NCBI GenBank assembly: GCA_965218425.1
Contig: OZ244621.1
Coordinates: 384,001 to 448,000 of the forward strand
Reading direction: 5' to 3'
DNA length: 64,000 bases
Origin: an uncultured Candidatus Binatia bacterium
Lineage (GTDB): Bacteria; Desulfobacterota; Binatia; UBA9968; CAXXLF01
The translations under genes were made by a program, and so were the position numbers. Below are positions 30,007 through 40,155 of this stretch, piece after piece; positions within the stretch are counted from its first letter, which is position 1; each line of letters starts with the position of its first letter. The notes below the pieces were generated by a model, which did no database searches, was not told the DNA's origin, and saw only the letters and a list, made by a program, of their open reading frames with translations.

Positions 30007-30892
30007 GAGCCCCTCCCCCGCTCCTGCTGGAGAAGTCCTCTTCGACCATCTTTTGAAAAACCCGCTTCAACAGGACTTGAATGATATGCTCCTTATACTC
30101 AGCCGACCCGTGCAGGTCACCAATGGCCTCAGCGGCACGGCTGGCCATTTGCCCGGCTTCACCTACGAGTTTGGACGCATCACGGAGTTCTTTACCCTTC
30201 AGAACCGCTTCGGCTTCTTCCACACGACATGGTTTCGGACCAGCGCAACCCACTGCGATCCGCACATCTCGGATCAGCTCCCCGTCTTCCAAGGCCAAAT
30301 GAAGCGCCACCCCCACACTGGGGCGCTGCAGATATCCGAACTTGAGATACCGGACCGCTGATTGAGGCGGAGGAACTGGCACTCGAACTTCAGTCAGAAG
30401 TTCATCAGGATTCAAGCAGGTTTCATAGGCATCCACAAAAAACTTGTCCATGGGAATCTCCCGCACGTTAGCGGCGTTTTGCGCAATCAGGCTTGCCCCA
30501 AGGGTCAGAAGGAGGATTCCCGGGTCCGCATGTGGTTCGGCAAATGAAAGGTTTCCTCCCACCGTTCCAACTTCACGAACCCTGATATTGGCAACATTTG
30601 CCTCCATCTGAACAAAGGCCGGGAGGGTTTGCCGTAGCTCGGTGGAGCATTCGAGTTTGCGGTGGGTTGACAGGGCTCCAATATGCACCGAATCCCCCAC
30701 TTGTTTAACGCTGTCCAACCCCGGAATATTTTTAACGTTCACCAACCGCTCCGACTGAATAAGCCCTTCTTTCATGGCCAAGAGTAACTCGGTCCCTCCG
30801 GCGTAGACTCTGGCAGATTCACCATAACGTGATAGGAGATCGGAGGCGTCCTTCACCGTCGCAGGCTCGTCCAGACGGAATCTCCTCAGCAT
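29999..30892 (-). CDS. coxM: Xanthine/CO dehydrogenase family FAD-binding medium subunit
   Basis: AGGTELL, IRVREVGTVGGN, DLHGSAEYK. Confidence 0.92.
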   Translation of the reverse strand: MLRRFRLDEPATVKDASDLLSRYGESARVYAGGTELLLAMKEGLIQSERLVNVKNIPGLDSVKQVGDSVHIGALSTHRKLECSTELRQTLPAFVQMEANVANIRVREVGTVGGNLSFAEPHADPGILLLTLGASLIAQNAANVREIPMDKFFVDAYETCLNPDELLTEVRVPVPPPQSAVRYLKFGYLQRPSVGVALHLALEDGELIRDVRIAVGCAGPKPCRVEEAEAVLKGKELRDASKLVGEAGQMASRAAEAIGDLHGSAEYKEHIIQVLLKRVFQKMVEEDFSSRSGGGAHA

Positions 30893-30893
30893 C

Positions 30894-31346
30894 TCAAGAT
30901 TCCCCTTCTAAGTTTTTTTTGATTGCTTGAACAAACTCCGCCATCACCTGATCCGCTTTTCGTTTGATCATACTGTGACCCAATGCAGCTAACTTTCCCA
31001 ATATATCAACTGTTGCCACCAATGAAAGAAGGGTCCCCGTCCCTTCCTCTGCTAACTTAACATCCAGTTGGAGCTTCATGAGACTGCCAATTTTGCTGTC
31101 GCTGCCCGACGCTCGAGCCTTGATGTGGGAGAGGGGCTCCCTTTGCTCCACCTCGATTCTCATTGGAAACTCCACGCGAAACGGACCAACCTTTTCTACC
31201 ATAGTAGCGGTATAAACCTTTGCATTTTCGACGGTCTTCGCCTCTTTACATCCGGGAACACATGCAATGAACCGGTCCACGTCCCAGATAAAGTCCCATA
31301 CCATTTGCCTAGAGGCCGAGACTGGTATTTGCTTCTCAAATTGCAT
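30894..31346 (-). CDS. coxG: CoxG/SRPBCC family protein
   Basis: VWDFIWD...ACVPGC, KVGPFRVEF, GKLAALG. Confidence 0.85.
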   Translation of the reverse strand: MQFEKQIPVSASRQMVWDFIWDVDRFIACVPGCKEAKTVENAKVYTATMVEKVGPFRVEFPMRIEVEQREPLSHIKARASGSDSKIGSLMKLQLDVKLAEEGTGTLLSLVATVDILGKLAALGHSMIKRKADQVMAEFVQAIKKNLEGES

Positions 31347-31377
31347 CTATGGACCCTACCGTTGAATAATTCCTTGG

Positions 31378-31562
31378 GGCTGTTCGGTTTGTCTAGTCGA
31401 TTGAAGAGTTTGAGTCAATAGCGGAGGCGTCGTCCATTGGGTTTTCGAGTTCTTTGAGTTTATTGAGTTCATTGGGCTTGGGAGGTCAGAAGTCGGATGC
31501 CAGACGTCAGGAATCAAAGGTCAGCGGTATAACCGATCTCTGATCTCTGTTAGCTGCTAACT
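31378..31562. repeat. Composite periodic repeat (9-mer array plus TCAGAGG cassette)
   Basis: gagttcttt gagtttatt gagttcatt; caaaggtcagcggtataaccgatctctgatctctg. Confidence 0.6.
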
Positions 31563-31565
31563 GGT

Positions 31566-32708
31566 TCATTGTGTCATTTCCAGATACCGCTTGAGGCGCT
31601 CCAGGGCCTTTTCGATGTTGTCCACGGATCTGGCGTATGAAAACCTCAGATATCCTTCTCCGTTTGGGCCAAAATCGATACCTGGAGCAACACCCAAATG
31701 AACCTTCTCTAGAATATCCATGGCCAGCTTGAGGGAGTCCTGGCCAAGGTGCTTTGCGTTGACGAAGACATAAAACGCACCCTTGGGTTCGTGCTTGATG
31801 GTGAAGCCTAGCTGTCTTAAGCCGCGGAGCAACATTCGTCTTCGCTCGTCGAAAACGGAAACGATTGAAGCCACCTCCGACCTGGCCTGATGAAGCGCTG
31901 TGATTCCGGCCCATTGCACGAAGGCATTGGTAGAAATGAAGAAGTTTTGATGGATTTTCTGTACGGCTCGAGCAAACTCCTGCGGTACGATCACGTAGCC
32001 CAGCCTCCAACCCGTCATGGCGTAGAGTTTGGAAAATCCATTAAACACAAAGGCGCGATCGGTGAACTCCAGAGCCGAGTGAGCCTTTTCCCCGTAGGTC
32101 AGGCCATGGTAGATTTCATCAGAGAGGAGCATGAAACCCAGTTGTGCGATCTTCTGCATGCGTTCCTCAGAGAGCAACGCTCCGGTGGGATTGGCGGGTG
32201 AATTGATCAAAATACCTTTCGTGCGCGGTGACAGCTTTGGACAGACCGCCTCGGGATGGTACTGAAAACCATCATCCTCACTCACCTCCACGGCAATGGG
32301 AACCCCACCCTGAAAGGTAATCATGTTAGCGTAACAAGCGTATCCAGGATCCGGCAGGACCACCTCATCTCCTTGCTCCAAAAGGGCGGATAAGGCCAAG
32401 GCAATGCCTGGGGAGCTTCCAGCAGTGACAAGAATGCAGTCTGGCGAGACCTGAACACGATACAACTCCCAATATCTGTCGCTAATGGCCTCCCTGAGCT
32501 CCAGTAACCCCATGCTGTGAGTGTAGCGGGTCTTCCCTTCACTCAAGGCGCGGGCAGCCGCCTCCCTGATGACTTGAGGAGTGTCGAAGTCTGGCTCCCC
32601 CAGCTCCAGGTGGATGACTCGCTTGCCAGTTCTTTCAATCTCCTGGGCTCGCTCCAAGACATCCATTACGAGAAAGGGTGTCATGGTATCGGATTTATGT
32701 GGGCTCAT
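31566..32708 (-). CDS. PLP-dependent aminotransferase class I/II
   Basis: LELGEPDF, NSPANPTG, SDEIY, GFSKLYAMTGWRLG, YLRFSYA. Confidence 0.95.
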   Translation of the reverse strand: MSPHKSDTMTPFLVMDVLERAQEIERTGKRVIHLELGEPDFDTPQVIREAAARALSEGKTRYTHSMGLLELREAISDRYWELYRVQVSPDCILVTAGSSPGIALALSALLEQGDEVVLPDPGYACYANMITFQGGVPIAVEVSEDDGFQYHPEAVCPKLSPRTKGILINSPANPTGALLSEERMQKIAQLGFMLLSDEIYHGLTYGEKAHSALEFTDRAFVFNGFSKLYAMTGWRLGYVIVPQEFARAVQKIHQNFFISTNAFVQWAGITALHQARSEVASIVSVFDERRRMLLRGLRQLGFTIKHEPKGAFYVFVNAKHLGQDSLKLAMDILEKVHLGVAPGIDFGPNGEGYLRFSYARSVDNIEKALERLKRYLEMTQ

Positions 32709-32719
32709 CTTGCTTTTAG

Positions 32720-32962
32720 GTAACTGAGTGCGTTGGGTTTATGGGATTTGTTGCGTTTATGGCGTTGGTTGGGCTTATCTAGTCTGTTTCGTCTTTCTAG
32801 TCTATTCGGTCATTTCAGTTAATCTGGCTCTTGCGGTTTGTTTGGTTCTGGAGATGGAAAATCAGAAGTCAGAGGTCAGAAATCAGAGGTTAGACACCAG
32901 ACGTTGAAAGTCAGAGGTCGGCCGCATCACCGATCTCCCACGTCTGTTCTCTGACATCTGAG
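32720..32962. repeat. Composite periodic repeat (9-mer arrays plus TCAGAGG cassette)
   Basis: tcagaagtcagaggtcagaaatcagagg; gtcagaggtcggccgcatcaccgatctcccacgtctgttctctgacatctg. Confidence 0.65.
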
Positions 32963-32980
32963 ATAGATCATCCGCCTCAC

Positions 32981-33943
32981 CTAGCCGACGCCCGCCACGC
33001 TGTCTTTGATGTCTTTGAACTCCTTGGTGAGGTATGCTTTGAGTTTTTTCTTGAGTCTTTCCTCAATCTGGCGCACCCGCTCACGACTGATCCCAAACTC
33101 CCCGCCGATCTCCCTGAGAGTAAGCGGGCTGTCGGTTAATAGACGCTTGTGGAATATATACAACTCCTTATCCTTGAGACCTTGAGCAAAATCTTGGATT
33201 TTCTCTTTCACCAGCCGGCGATACTCCACCTCTGCCAGTTGATCCTCCGGGGTCTCCTTATCATCGGGCAGGAAATTGAGCAGAGTCAAATCCTGGTCTT
33301 CACCAATGGGAACATCTGTGGACAGATCTCTATGGGACAAACGCTGTTCCATCTCCACGATCTCCCCCTCTTTCACCTCAAGGCGTTGGGCCAAGAGCTT
33401 TGGCCCCGGCGTGTATCCCTCCGCTTCCAGCTTCTCCTTTTCCTTTTGCAAATTGAAAAATAACCTCCGTTGAGCCTGCGTGGTGCCGATCTTGACCATG
33501 CGCCAATTGTTCATGATATAGCGAATGATGTAAGCGCGAATCCACCAGACTGCATAGGAAGGGAATCGAATGCCGCGGTATGGATCATACTTCTTGAGCC
33601 CCTCCATGAGGCCGACGTTTCCCTCCTGAATCAGATCCAGAAGGTTTCTAAATGCCTTTTCATACTCGCGCGCAATCATCACTACCAATCTGAGGTTAGA
33701 GGTCAGGAGCTTATAGGCGGCCTTGATATTGCCATACTCCTTATATTCCACTGCCAGCTGATGCTCTTCCTCCCGGCTTAGAAGGGGGTAACGTCGGATC
33801 TCACTCAAGTATCGTTGGAGTGAATCGAATGGAACAAGGGCCTTGTCAGAGGAATCCTCCCCCTGGTCGAGTTCCCCCTCTTCCAGAACTTCAACCTCAG
33901 GTACCTCGTTTCGGGGCTCTCTTTGATCATCATTCATTTGCAT
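32981..33943 (-). CDS. rpoH: RNA polymerase sigma-32 factor
   Basis: DLIQEGNVGLM, YAVWWIRAYI, RpoH box KIGTTQAQRRLFFNL, ISRERVRQIE. Confidence 0.92.
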   Translation of the reverse strand: MQMNDDQREPRNEVPEVEVLEEGELDQGEDSSDKALVPFDSLQRYLSEIRRYPLLSREEEHQLAVEYKEYGNIKAAYKLLTSNLRLVVMIAREYEKAFRNLLDLIQEGNVGLMEGLKKYDPYRGIRFPSYAVWWIRAYIIRYIMNNWRMVKIGTTQAQRRLFFNLQKEKEKLEAEGYTPGPKLLAQRLEVKEGEIVEMEQRLSHRDLSTDVPIGEDQDLTLLNFLPDDKETPEDQLAEVEYRRLVKEKIQDFAQGLKDKELYIFHKRLLTDSPLTLREIGGEFGISRERVRQIEERLKKKLKAYLTKEFKDIKDSVAGVG

Positions 33944-34184
33944 GTAAATCCTCGAACACCACCGTTAAAAAATTATAGGTCTTTTAGCCGAATTTGCAAT
34001 GAGCACTTGCCCGTGGCTTTCCGGTTCAGGTGGAAATCACCAAGGACCGGCCTTGGAGCGGTAATTCACCAAGACCAGGGTCCCGGGAGGAGTTCCACGC
34101 CGAATATTGAGCCTGCACTCCGGCAGGGTTTATCTTGACAGACTGCCCCAGTAACTTTATCTTCATCAATGGTGAGGTAATGCT

Positions 34185-34673
34185 ATGGGCATCTGGAGTA
34201 GTCTAAGAACTCTTTTTGGGGCACCTTCCAAGAGAAACGGTGAAGGTGAGTCGCTTGACCTGCTAGGGACTCTAATGAATGATTATCACCTTCTAAGACG
34301 GCTGGCCAGGCAGATCGACGCCCACGCAGCAAGCGCACCCTATCCATATATATCCAAGCGCCTGAAACGAATTGCCCTTGAAAAAGAGCAGGAGGCAAGA
34401 CTTCTAAAGGAAAGAATAGTTCAACTAGGAGGTCAACCTGAAGAGGTAGAGCCGGGTCTCCGCTCAGGGAAAAACCATTGGGCAAGGATGGTCCAGGACT
34501 CCGAGGATGAAAAGGAACTGGAAGATCAGTTTTTAGACGATGCCCTACGACTTGGGTCAGAAGCGCCCGAGATTGCAGAACTATTACGACAGCTGGTTTC
34601 CAGCAAGGCATTTCATCGGGACGACCTGCAAGATCTCGTCGCGAAGGCGGACCCTCAGGCATCTCAGAGCTAA
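34185..34673 (+). CDS. Hypothetical ferritin-like helical protein
   Basis: RBS GAGGT; TTGACA-N17-TATCTT upstream; LKERIVQLGGQP ferritin-like segment. Confidence 0.7.
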   Translation: MGIWSSLRTLFGAPSKRNGEGESLDLLGTLMNDYHLLRRLARQIDAHAASAPYPYISKRLKRIALEKEQEARLLKERIVQLGGQPEEVEPGLRSGKNHWARMVQDSEDEKELEDQFLDDALRLGSEAPEIAELLRQLVSSKAFHRDDLQDLVAKADPQASQS

Positions 34674-34716
34674 GCTGGAGAATTTGAAAGGAATTTTAGG
34701 GAACAGCTGGGAACCG

Positions 34717-34944
34717 TTACAGGATACTGTAACTCTTAGTGTTCGACCTCGGATAGCCCCCGGGTGCGCGCGCAAAAGCCATATCCAGGGCCATACCTGT
34801 CATTATGGCATGCCAGGCGTCATCTCCCGACAATCCCGCAAGTTTAAAGGACCGCCAAAGAATGATTATATCCTGCTCCGTCAAGTCATCGAAATTTTCA
34901 ATCTGAAATTGCTCATTTTTTACTACGACTTGATTTGCCTTCAT
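34717..34944 (-). CDS. Small hypothetical protein (75 aa)
   Basis: RBS GAAGGGG and an upstream sigma54-type promoter. Confidence 0.6.
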   Translation of the reverse strand: MKANQVVVKNEQFQIENFDDLTEQDIIILWRSFKLAGLSGDDAWHAIMTGMALDMAFARAPGGYPRSNTKSYSIL

Positions 34945-34986
34945 AGCACCCCTTCACCGAGGACTGGCTTTAGCTAGGTCCGTAGG

Positions 34987-35001
34987 GCAATCCTCATGCC
35001 A
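34987..35001 (-). promoter_or_regulatory. Sigma54 (-24/-12) promoter
   Basis: Minus strand TGGCAT-GAGGA-TTGC with GG-N10-GC spacing. Confidence 0.65.
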
Positions 35002-35166
35002 CGCCCATAACCTACTGAACTTGCATACAAAGCAAATACATGGAAGGGCATCCTTCCATGCACCGAAAGCAGATTTGGCAAATAATTGGCACTTTTTGTA
35101 CAATGACCGCCCAACATACGTAGGCACATATTGTAGGTTGCTGGCGAAACAGGAAGCAGCGCCGAC

Positions 35167-35568
35167 TCAGTCAACTACGGCGATTGCGGAGATTTCCACC
35201 ATACAATCAGAGTTGTAAAGGCTCTTTGCCTCTATGAGTGTAACAGCGGGGAAATACTTGCCAAAAACTTCCCTGTAGGCGCTGCCGATGGGTTTTTTAT
35301 TCTGCAGGTAGGCCTGTAAATCAGTAATATACATGGTAAGCGAGGCATATTGATTTGGCCGCCCCCCTGCTGCCTCAATGGCAATCTTGAGATTTCCCAT
35401 TACCTGCCGAAATTGTGCGACGAAATCTCCCTTTCCCACAACATGGCCATTCGCATCGAATGGGGCTTGCCCGGCGACCAACACGATATTTCCCGACTTG
35501 ATCCTCGCCACGTGGGAATACCCCACAGGATTTTCCAGCCCGGATGGATTGATCAAATCAAAAGCCAT
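35167..35568 (-). CDS. RidA/YjgF/YER057c family protein
   Basis: GYSHV, VAGQ, FPAVTLI, VEISAIA. Confidence 0.9.
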   Translation of the reverse strand: MAFDLINPSGLENPVGYSHVARIKSGNIVLVAGQAPFDANGHVVGKGDFVAQFRQVMGNLKIAIEAAGGRPNQYASLTMYITDLQAYLQNKKPIGSAYREVFGKYFPAVTLIEAKSLYNSDCMVEISAIAVVD

Positions 35569-35654
35569 ATTTTTATCCTTTCCATCAACAATAATCTCGC
35601 GTCAAGACACTTATGACTCGCGCAAAGACGTAAGGGACGCCAAGGGAGGAATTC

Positions 35655-35795
35655 TTGCTCAATCGGGAGATGACGATTGGGCAAAAGACCTGGTATACCT
35701 ACGTATTTAGAAGAGCCATGTTTTTGTTTGTCGTCGTCTCCCGACAAACAAAAATAGTAAATCTCTGCGACCTCTGCGCCTCTGCGGTAAATCAT
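35655..35795 (-). repeat. Dispersed repeat copy 2, with two oppositely oriented GGAGAYGA-loop hairpins
   Basis: TTGCTCAATCG-GGAGATGA-CGATTGGGCAA on + (35655-35684) and TTTTTGTTTGTCG-GGAGACGA-CGACAAACAAAAA on - (35721-35754). Confidence 0.8.
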
Positions 35796-35822
35796 TATCT
35801 GCGATTAATAGCCTGTGATGCT

Positions 35823-36827
35823 TTAGCTGATAAGTTCGCCCATGCCGGTGATGAAGCTTCTAACCTCCCCCACCACATCCTCAGAGGCCGGAACATAGGG
35901 AAGGATAATACGGGTAGCACCGGCTTCTTTATAGGGCTGGATTTTCGACCAGACCTCTTCAGCCGAAGTGGCAGCCACCAACGGCAAGCCGCTGAAGAGC
36001 CGATCCGTGATCTCGGCGCGCGCCGCCTGAAAACCAGAAGCGCGCCAAGCCTGTCGCATATTTTCCACCTCAGTGCCAAAACCCATGCGGCCTAAGAGGT
36101 CACGATAGTAATCCGCCAGGGCATAATAGGTCAGCACCCCGCTCATGGCGTTACGGGCACGAGCATAGTCCTTTACAACGCAGCATCGTACCTTGCAGAT
36201 GATCTCCATATCCTTGAGCTCCCGGCCGCAGTCCTCTGCCCCCTGATTGACCTCAGAGATGATGCGACGAATTTGTGTCGGATCGGCCATATTGATAAGC
36301 ACACCGTCGGATATTTTTCCCGCCAGCCGGCTCATCTGTGGTCCAAAGGCTGCAAGGTAAACGGGGATAGACTTCCCCGTTGGCTTGAACGCTATCTTGA
36401 ATCCGTCTGCCTGGAAAAATTTACCATCGAACCTCAGCTTTTCGCCTGCCACGGCACGGCGCACGATTTCTAAATACTCCCTTACTCGCCCAATGGGACG
36501 ATCAAAGGAAGCCCCATGCCATCGGGCAATGGTTGGGTTGGAGACTCCCACTCCTAAAAGGAATCTCCCCTGGGAAAGCTCATGGAGACCCATGGCCTGT
36601 AGCGCCAAGGTCGCCGGGGTACGACCGAGGATATGATAGACGGCGGAGCCGATCTTGAGGCGCTTGGTCACCGCAGCAATAGAGGCGAGCATCACCGTAG
36701 GGTCTTTATTGTTAGCCTCGCCACCCCAGGCGCAATCGAACCCATTGCCCTCCGCTAGTCGCGCAAGTTTAGGGATAGCATCCATGGGCAACTGGGCCCC
36801 CGAGTTGAATTCGATGTCCAACCGCAT
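35823..36827 (-). CDS. LLM-class flavin-dependent oxidoreductase (Mer-like)
   Basis: AEGNGFDCAWGGE, LKIGSAV, SQGRFLLGVG, PVYLAAFGPQM, ISDGV. Confidence 0.9.
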   Translation of the reverse strand: MRLDIEFNSGAQLPMDAIPKLARLAEGNGFDCAWGGEANNKDPTVMLASIAAVTKRLKIGSAVYHILGRTPATLALQAMGLHELSQGRFLLGVGVSNPTIARWHGASFDRPIGRVREYLEIVRRAVAGEKLRFDGKFFQADGFKIAFKPTGKSIPVYLAAFGPQMSRLAGKISDGVLINMADPTQIRRIISEVNQGAEDCGRELKDMEIICKVRCCVVKDYARARNAMSGVLTYYALADYYRDLLGRMGFGTEVENMRQAWRASGFQAARAEITDRLFSGLPLVAATSAEEVWSKIQPYKEAGATRIILPYVPASEDVVGEVRSFITGMGELIS

Positions 36828-36874
36828 TTCCCGAACAGTAAGAAGTCAAAAGTGATTAGTCAATGGCCAACAAA

Positions 36875-37047
36875 CCAGATGTCAGAGAACAAGAAGTCAG
36901 ACGTCGGAAGTCCAACCTATTACCAATTTCTGACGTTCGATCCCTCGAACTCAATAAACGCAACAAACGCGATAAACCCAAAGAACTCGACGAACCCAAT
37001 CGACTAGTAAACAGAATCGACGCAACAGACCACATAGACGGAATAGG
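36875..37047. repeat. Composite periodic repeat
   Basis: cagatgtcagaga...ctgacgttcgatccctcgaactcaataaacgcaacaaacgcgataaac; core nearly identical to 38146-38270. Confidence 0.7.
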
Positions 37048-37083
37048 CTTGTCATTGCCCCAAACCTGGGTTATAGACAGACT

Positions 37084-38007
37084 GTGATTATCGACGCCCA
37101 CGCCCATTTAGCACCAAAGAGCTGGTACAATCCCAGGTCCCCCCAGGCCATCTTTAACATCGATTGGGTGCTGGAAGAACAGGAGAAAGCCAAAGTTGAC
37201 CTAACCGTCTTTGGCAACAACTGGATTCGCACTCCGCCAGGGTCACAGCCTCTAGACGTCGTTAAAGAATTTAACGAGTTCGCTGCCGACGTGACGGCCA
37301 AATATCCGGGGCGGATGTTGGGCCTCGCCTGTTCAGTCGCCTTTGGCGGCGATTCGTTTCTGAAGGAGACGGAACATGCCATCCGCGATTACGGCCTCAA
37401 AGGCATCATGATCAACTCCAGCGTCCAGGGTGAATACTTGGATTCACCCCGTGCCACACCTTTTTTCCAGTTGGTTTCGGATTTGGATGTTCCCGTTTTT
37501 ATCCATCCCCCTCGCGTTACGATTGGGGCGGAAAAGATGGAGATTTTCCGCCTTCCGGAGATGGTAGGAAGGCCTTTTGACACCACCCTGTCTCTCACCC
37601 GCTTCATTTTTACCGGAGGGCTGGAGAGATTTTCACGGCTCAAGCTGGTCTGCGCCCATGTCGGCGGCGCCCTTCCCATGCTGCCAGGAAGACTCGACTT
37701 TGGGTATGAGCTGAGAGAGGACAAGAGCTTCGGACCATGGGAGCCGGACGTGATGACCCGCCCACCCAGCACCTATATTCGCCAGCTCTATTTCGACACC
37801 ATGGGCTTTCACCCGCCGGCAATCAAATGCGCCGTTGAAACGGTAGGAGCAGACCACGTGGTCTTTGGCAGCGACTTCCCCCCCGTCCCCATCCCGCTCA
37901 AACGATCCGTGGATGCCGTCCACCAGACCGATCTTTCCGATCAGGACAAGGCAAAGGTCCTCGGTGGCAACCTGGCAAAGCTCCTGCGCCTGCCGGATGG
38001 TCAATAG
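37084..38007 (+). CDS. Amidohydrolase_2 family protein (ACMSD-like decarboxylase/hydratase)
   Basis: IDAHAH, VFIHP, AHVGG, YFDT, FGSDFP. Confidence 0.92.
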   Translation: MIIDAHAHLAPKSWYNPRSPQAIFNIDWVLEEQEKAKVDLTVFGNNWIRTPPGSQPLDVVKEFNEFAADVTAKYPGRMLGLACSVAFGGDSFLKETEHAIRDYGLKGIMINSSVQGEYLDSPRATPFFQLVSDLDVPVFIHPPRVTIGAEKMEIFRLPEMVGRPFDTTLSLTRFIFTGGLERFSRLKLVCAHVGGALPMLPGRLDFGYELREDKSFGPWEPDVMTRPPSTYIRQLYFDTMGFHPPAIKCAVETVGADHVVFGSDFPPVPIPLKRSVDAVHQTDLSDQDKAKVLGGNLAKLLRLPDGQ

Positions 38008-38145
38008 CAGATAGTGAGCAGTAGGCGGATAGCGGCGGACAGTTCTTCCGCACCACTCCAAGCCATCCCAGTTATAGCGAGCAGTAAACAGCAACCGGTA
38101 AGCTCAACAGCCCTAGCCGCTTCCCGATAAACCAGATCAACACCT

Positions 38146-38270
38146 CCCAGATGTCAGAGGACAGAGGTCGGAGATCGGTGACGTGGCTGACCTCTGACGT
38201 CCGATCCCTCGAACTCAATAAACCCAACAAACGCAAGAAACTTAATAAACGCGAAAAACCCAATCGACTA
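38146..38270. repeat. Composite periodic repeat
   Basis: cagatgtcagaggacagaggtcggagatcggtgacgtggctgacctctgacgtccgatccctcgaactcaataaacccaacaaac. Confidence 0.7.
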
Positions 38271-38735
38271 AATAGACAAAATGACCGGATAGATTAAAAG
38301 ATGCGCGGCAAGGTTGGCGTAGATGGCCGCCACCACATCATCCATCAAAACATGGACGGTTCCGCTATTTTTGTCGAAGTATGAAGCCGGAAACGGCTTC
38401 AGAATGTCGAAAGCACGAAACAAGACAAAAGAGAAGACAATGAACATCAGGCTGCCCTGATGTATGGGACTCAAAAGAGCGATCCACTGACCCACCACCT
38501 CATCATACACCACGTAACTGGGGTCTGATATCTGAGACGAACGCAAGAGGACCGCTGTGGCCTTCAATCCGGCAATAACCAGGGCCAGCGTCACTCCAAT
38601 GAGAATCAGGTTGTGCTGCAGGAAGGGAACAAAATAATAAACCGCCACCGCAACCGCACTGGCAACGGTCCCTGAGGCAACAGGTGCATAACCCACATAG
38701 CAAAAGCTTCCGATAACAACAGCCCACCGTGGCAT
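38268..38735 (-). CDS. pgpA: Phosphatidylglycerophosphatase A
   Basis: GYAPVASGTVAS, DPSYVVYDEVVG, FRAFDILKPFP, MDDVVAA. Confidence 0.93.
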   Translation of the reverse strand: MPRWAVVIGSFCYVGYAPVASGTVASAVAVAVYYFVPFLQHNLILIGVTLALVIAGLKATAVLLRSSQISDPSYVVYDEVVGQWIALLSPIHQGSLMFIVFSFVLFRAFDILKPFPASYFDKNSGTVHVLMDDVVAAIYANLAAHLLIYPVILSI

Positions 38736-38871
38736 AACCTATCGCATCCTGTTTAGAGCACCATGTTCCATGAACAAGTCAATTACCGCCATTCGGAAGG
38801 GATCACTTGCTGCACAGGATTGGTCGCGCGTAATATTTATCTTGCGCGATTTTAGTTTTGGTCTGATTGGA

Positions 38872-39896
38872 TTATCCAATGCTTTTGAGGGTTACTTTAA
38901 ATTTGCGGGTTCTCCCCTGCCGCACGATGCTCACAGTCACCGTCTCACCGATTACGTCCCCCAGGATCACTTGATCGGTAAAATCCCGGCGGGTGCCGCG
39001 CAAAACCGCTTTTGCTCCTGCCCCCCCGGGCCTGACGTCGACGATTAAAGTCCCCGACAAGCCCATCTCCTGGGTCAACTGGTCCTCAGCCACCTGCACC
39101 TCGAGACCGGGTCGAGTCACTTTCCCGCACCGGATCAGTTGTGGAACGATGCGGTTAACCGTATTTACGGGAATGGCAAAGCTGCTCCCTACGGACGCTC
39201 CTGACGGACTAAGGATTGCGGTGTTCACGCCGATGAGACGCCCAGAACTATCGAGCAAGGGTCCCCAGAGTTTCCGGGATTGATGGCAGCGTCCGTCTGT
39301 ATTACCCCCTGTATGGGTCGGAGCGTTACGAACTCAATCTCCCGCCCCAGCGCGCTATTGATACCCGTAGTCAGAGTCTGGTCCAATCCGAAGGGGTTGC
39401 CTATGGCAAAGACCTTCCGCCCCACTTGAAGATCATCCGAGGTGCCAATGAGAGTTGGTTTGAGACGGCTTCTGGGAGCCTCGATGCGCAGCACCGCCAG
39501 GTCCTTATCCGGGGCCACTCCCACACGACGGGCTTTCCAGGTGGAGTGATCCGCCAGGGTCACCTGCGCAACGTCAGAGCTCTGAATCACATGAAAGCTG
39601 GTTACGATATGTCCAGCCTTGTCCCATACAATACCCGACCCTGTGCCTTCCGGGATTTGATCCATATTGAGGGAAAAGAAATCCCGCTGCACCGTCAGCA
39701 GGGTGATATTCACCACTGAAGGCGAAGCACCACGAAAAAGCTTGATGGTGGACTTCTCATCAGAGTCGAGATTCCCCCGGCGTGTTACGGGACGCGGATA
39801 CCCTTGTCGATCCGCAGCTCCATTCTCCCGTACCCAAACTTGCGAGGGCAGCAGTGCCTCCATTACGAGCACAACGACGATTGATCGAACATGCAT
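38872..39896 (-). pseudogene. HtrA/DegP-like trypsin serine protease with PDZ domain, frameshifted
   Basis: GTGSG, VTSFHV, DLAVL, IQTDAAINPGNSG then GPLLDSSG in a shifted frame (near 39263); PDZ domain appears shortened. Confidence 0.85.
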
Positions 39897-39949
39897 TTCT
39901 CAATGAAGATAGCTGTCGATCGGAGAACTGTCAACGATATCTGCGTTAT

Positions 39950-40155
39950 TCAGTTCGGTCTGCCTGGCCTGTTTGGTTGATTGGGTTTTTCCCGTTTATG
40001 GCGTTATTGCGTTTCTTGAGTTCGTTGAATTTAACGGGTTCAATAGGTTTGTTGCGTTTGCTTAGTCTATTCTGTTTATCTCGTCTATTTCGTTGATATC
40101 GTCCTAACTGGACGGAAACCACCAAAGAGGCTAAGCGAACAAGATAGACTGACCG
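39950..40155. repeat. 9-bp periodic array
   Basis: gcgttatt gcgtttctt gagttcgtt gaatttaac gggttcaat; gtctattct gtttatctc gtctattt. Confidence 0.6.

Noticed and set aside
35135..35166. AGGAAGCAGC, similar to the SRP RNA motif
   Set aside because: The required upstream CAGG-NNN-GNRA helix and long stem are absent.
36856..37107. N/K-periodic or L-periodic ORFs over 9-mer arrays (also 21776, 24291, 25134, 28031, 38072, 39946)
   Set aside because: Open frames follow automatically from 9-bp periodicity; starts and frames are not consistent among copies.
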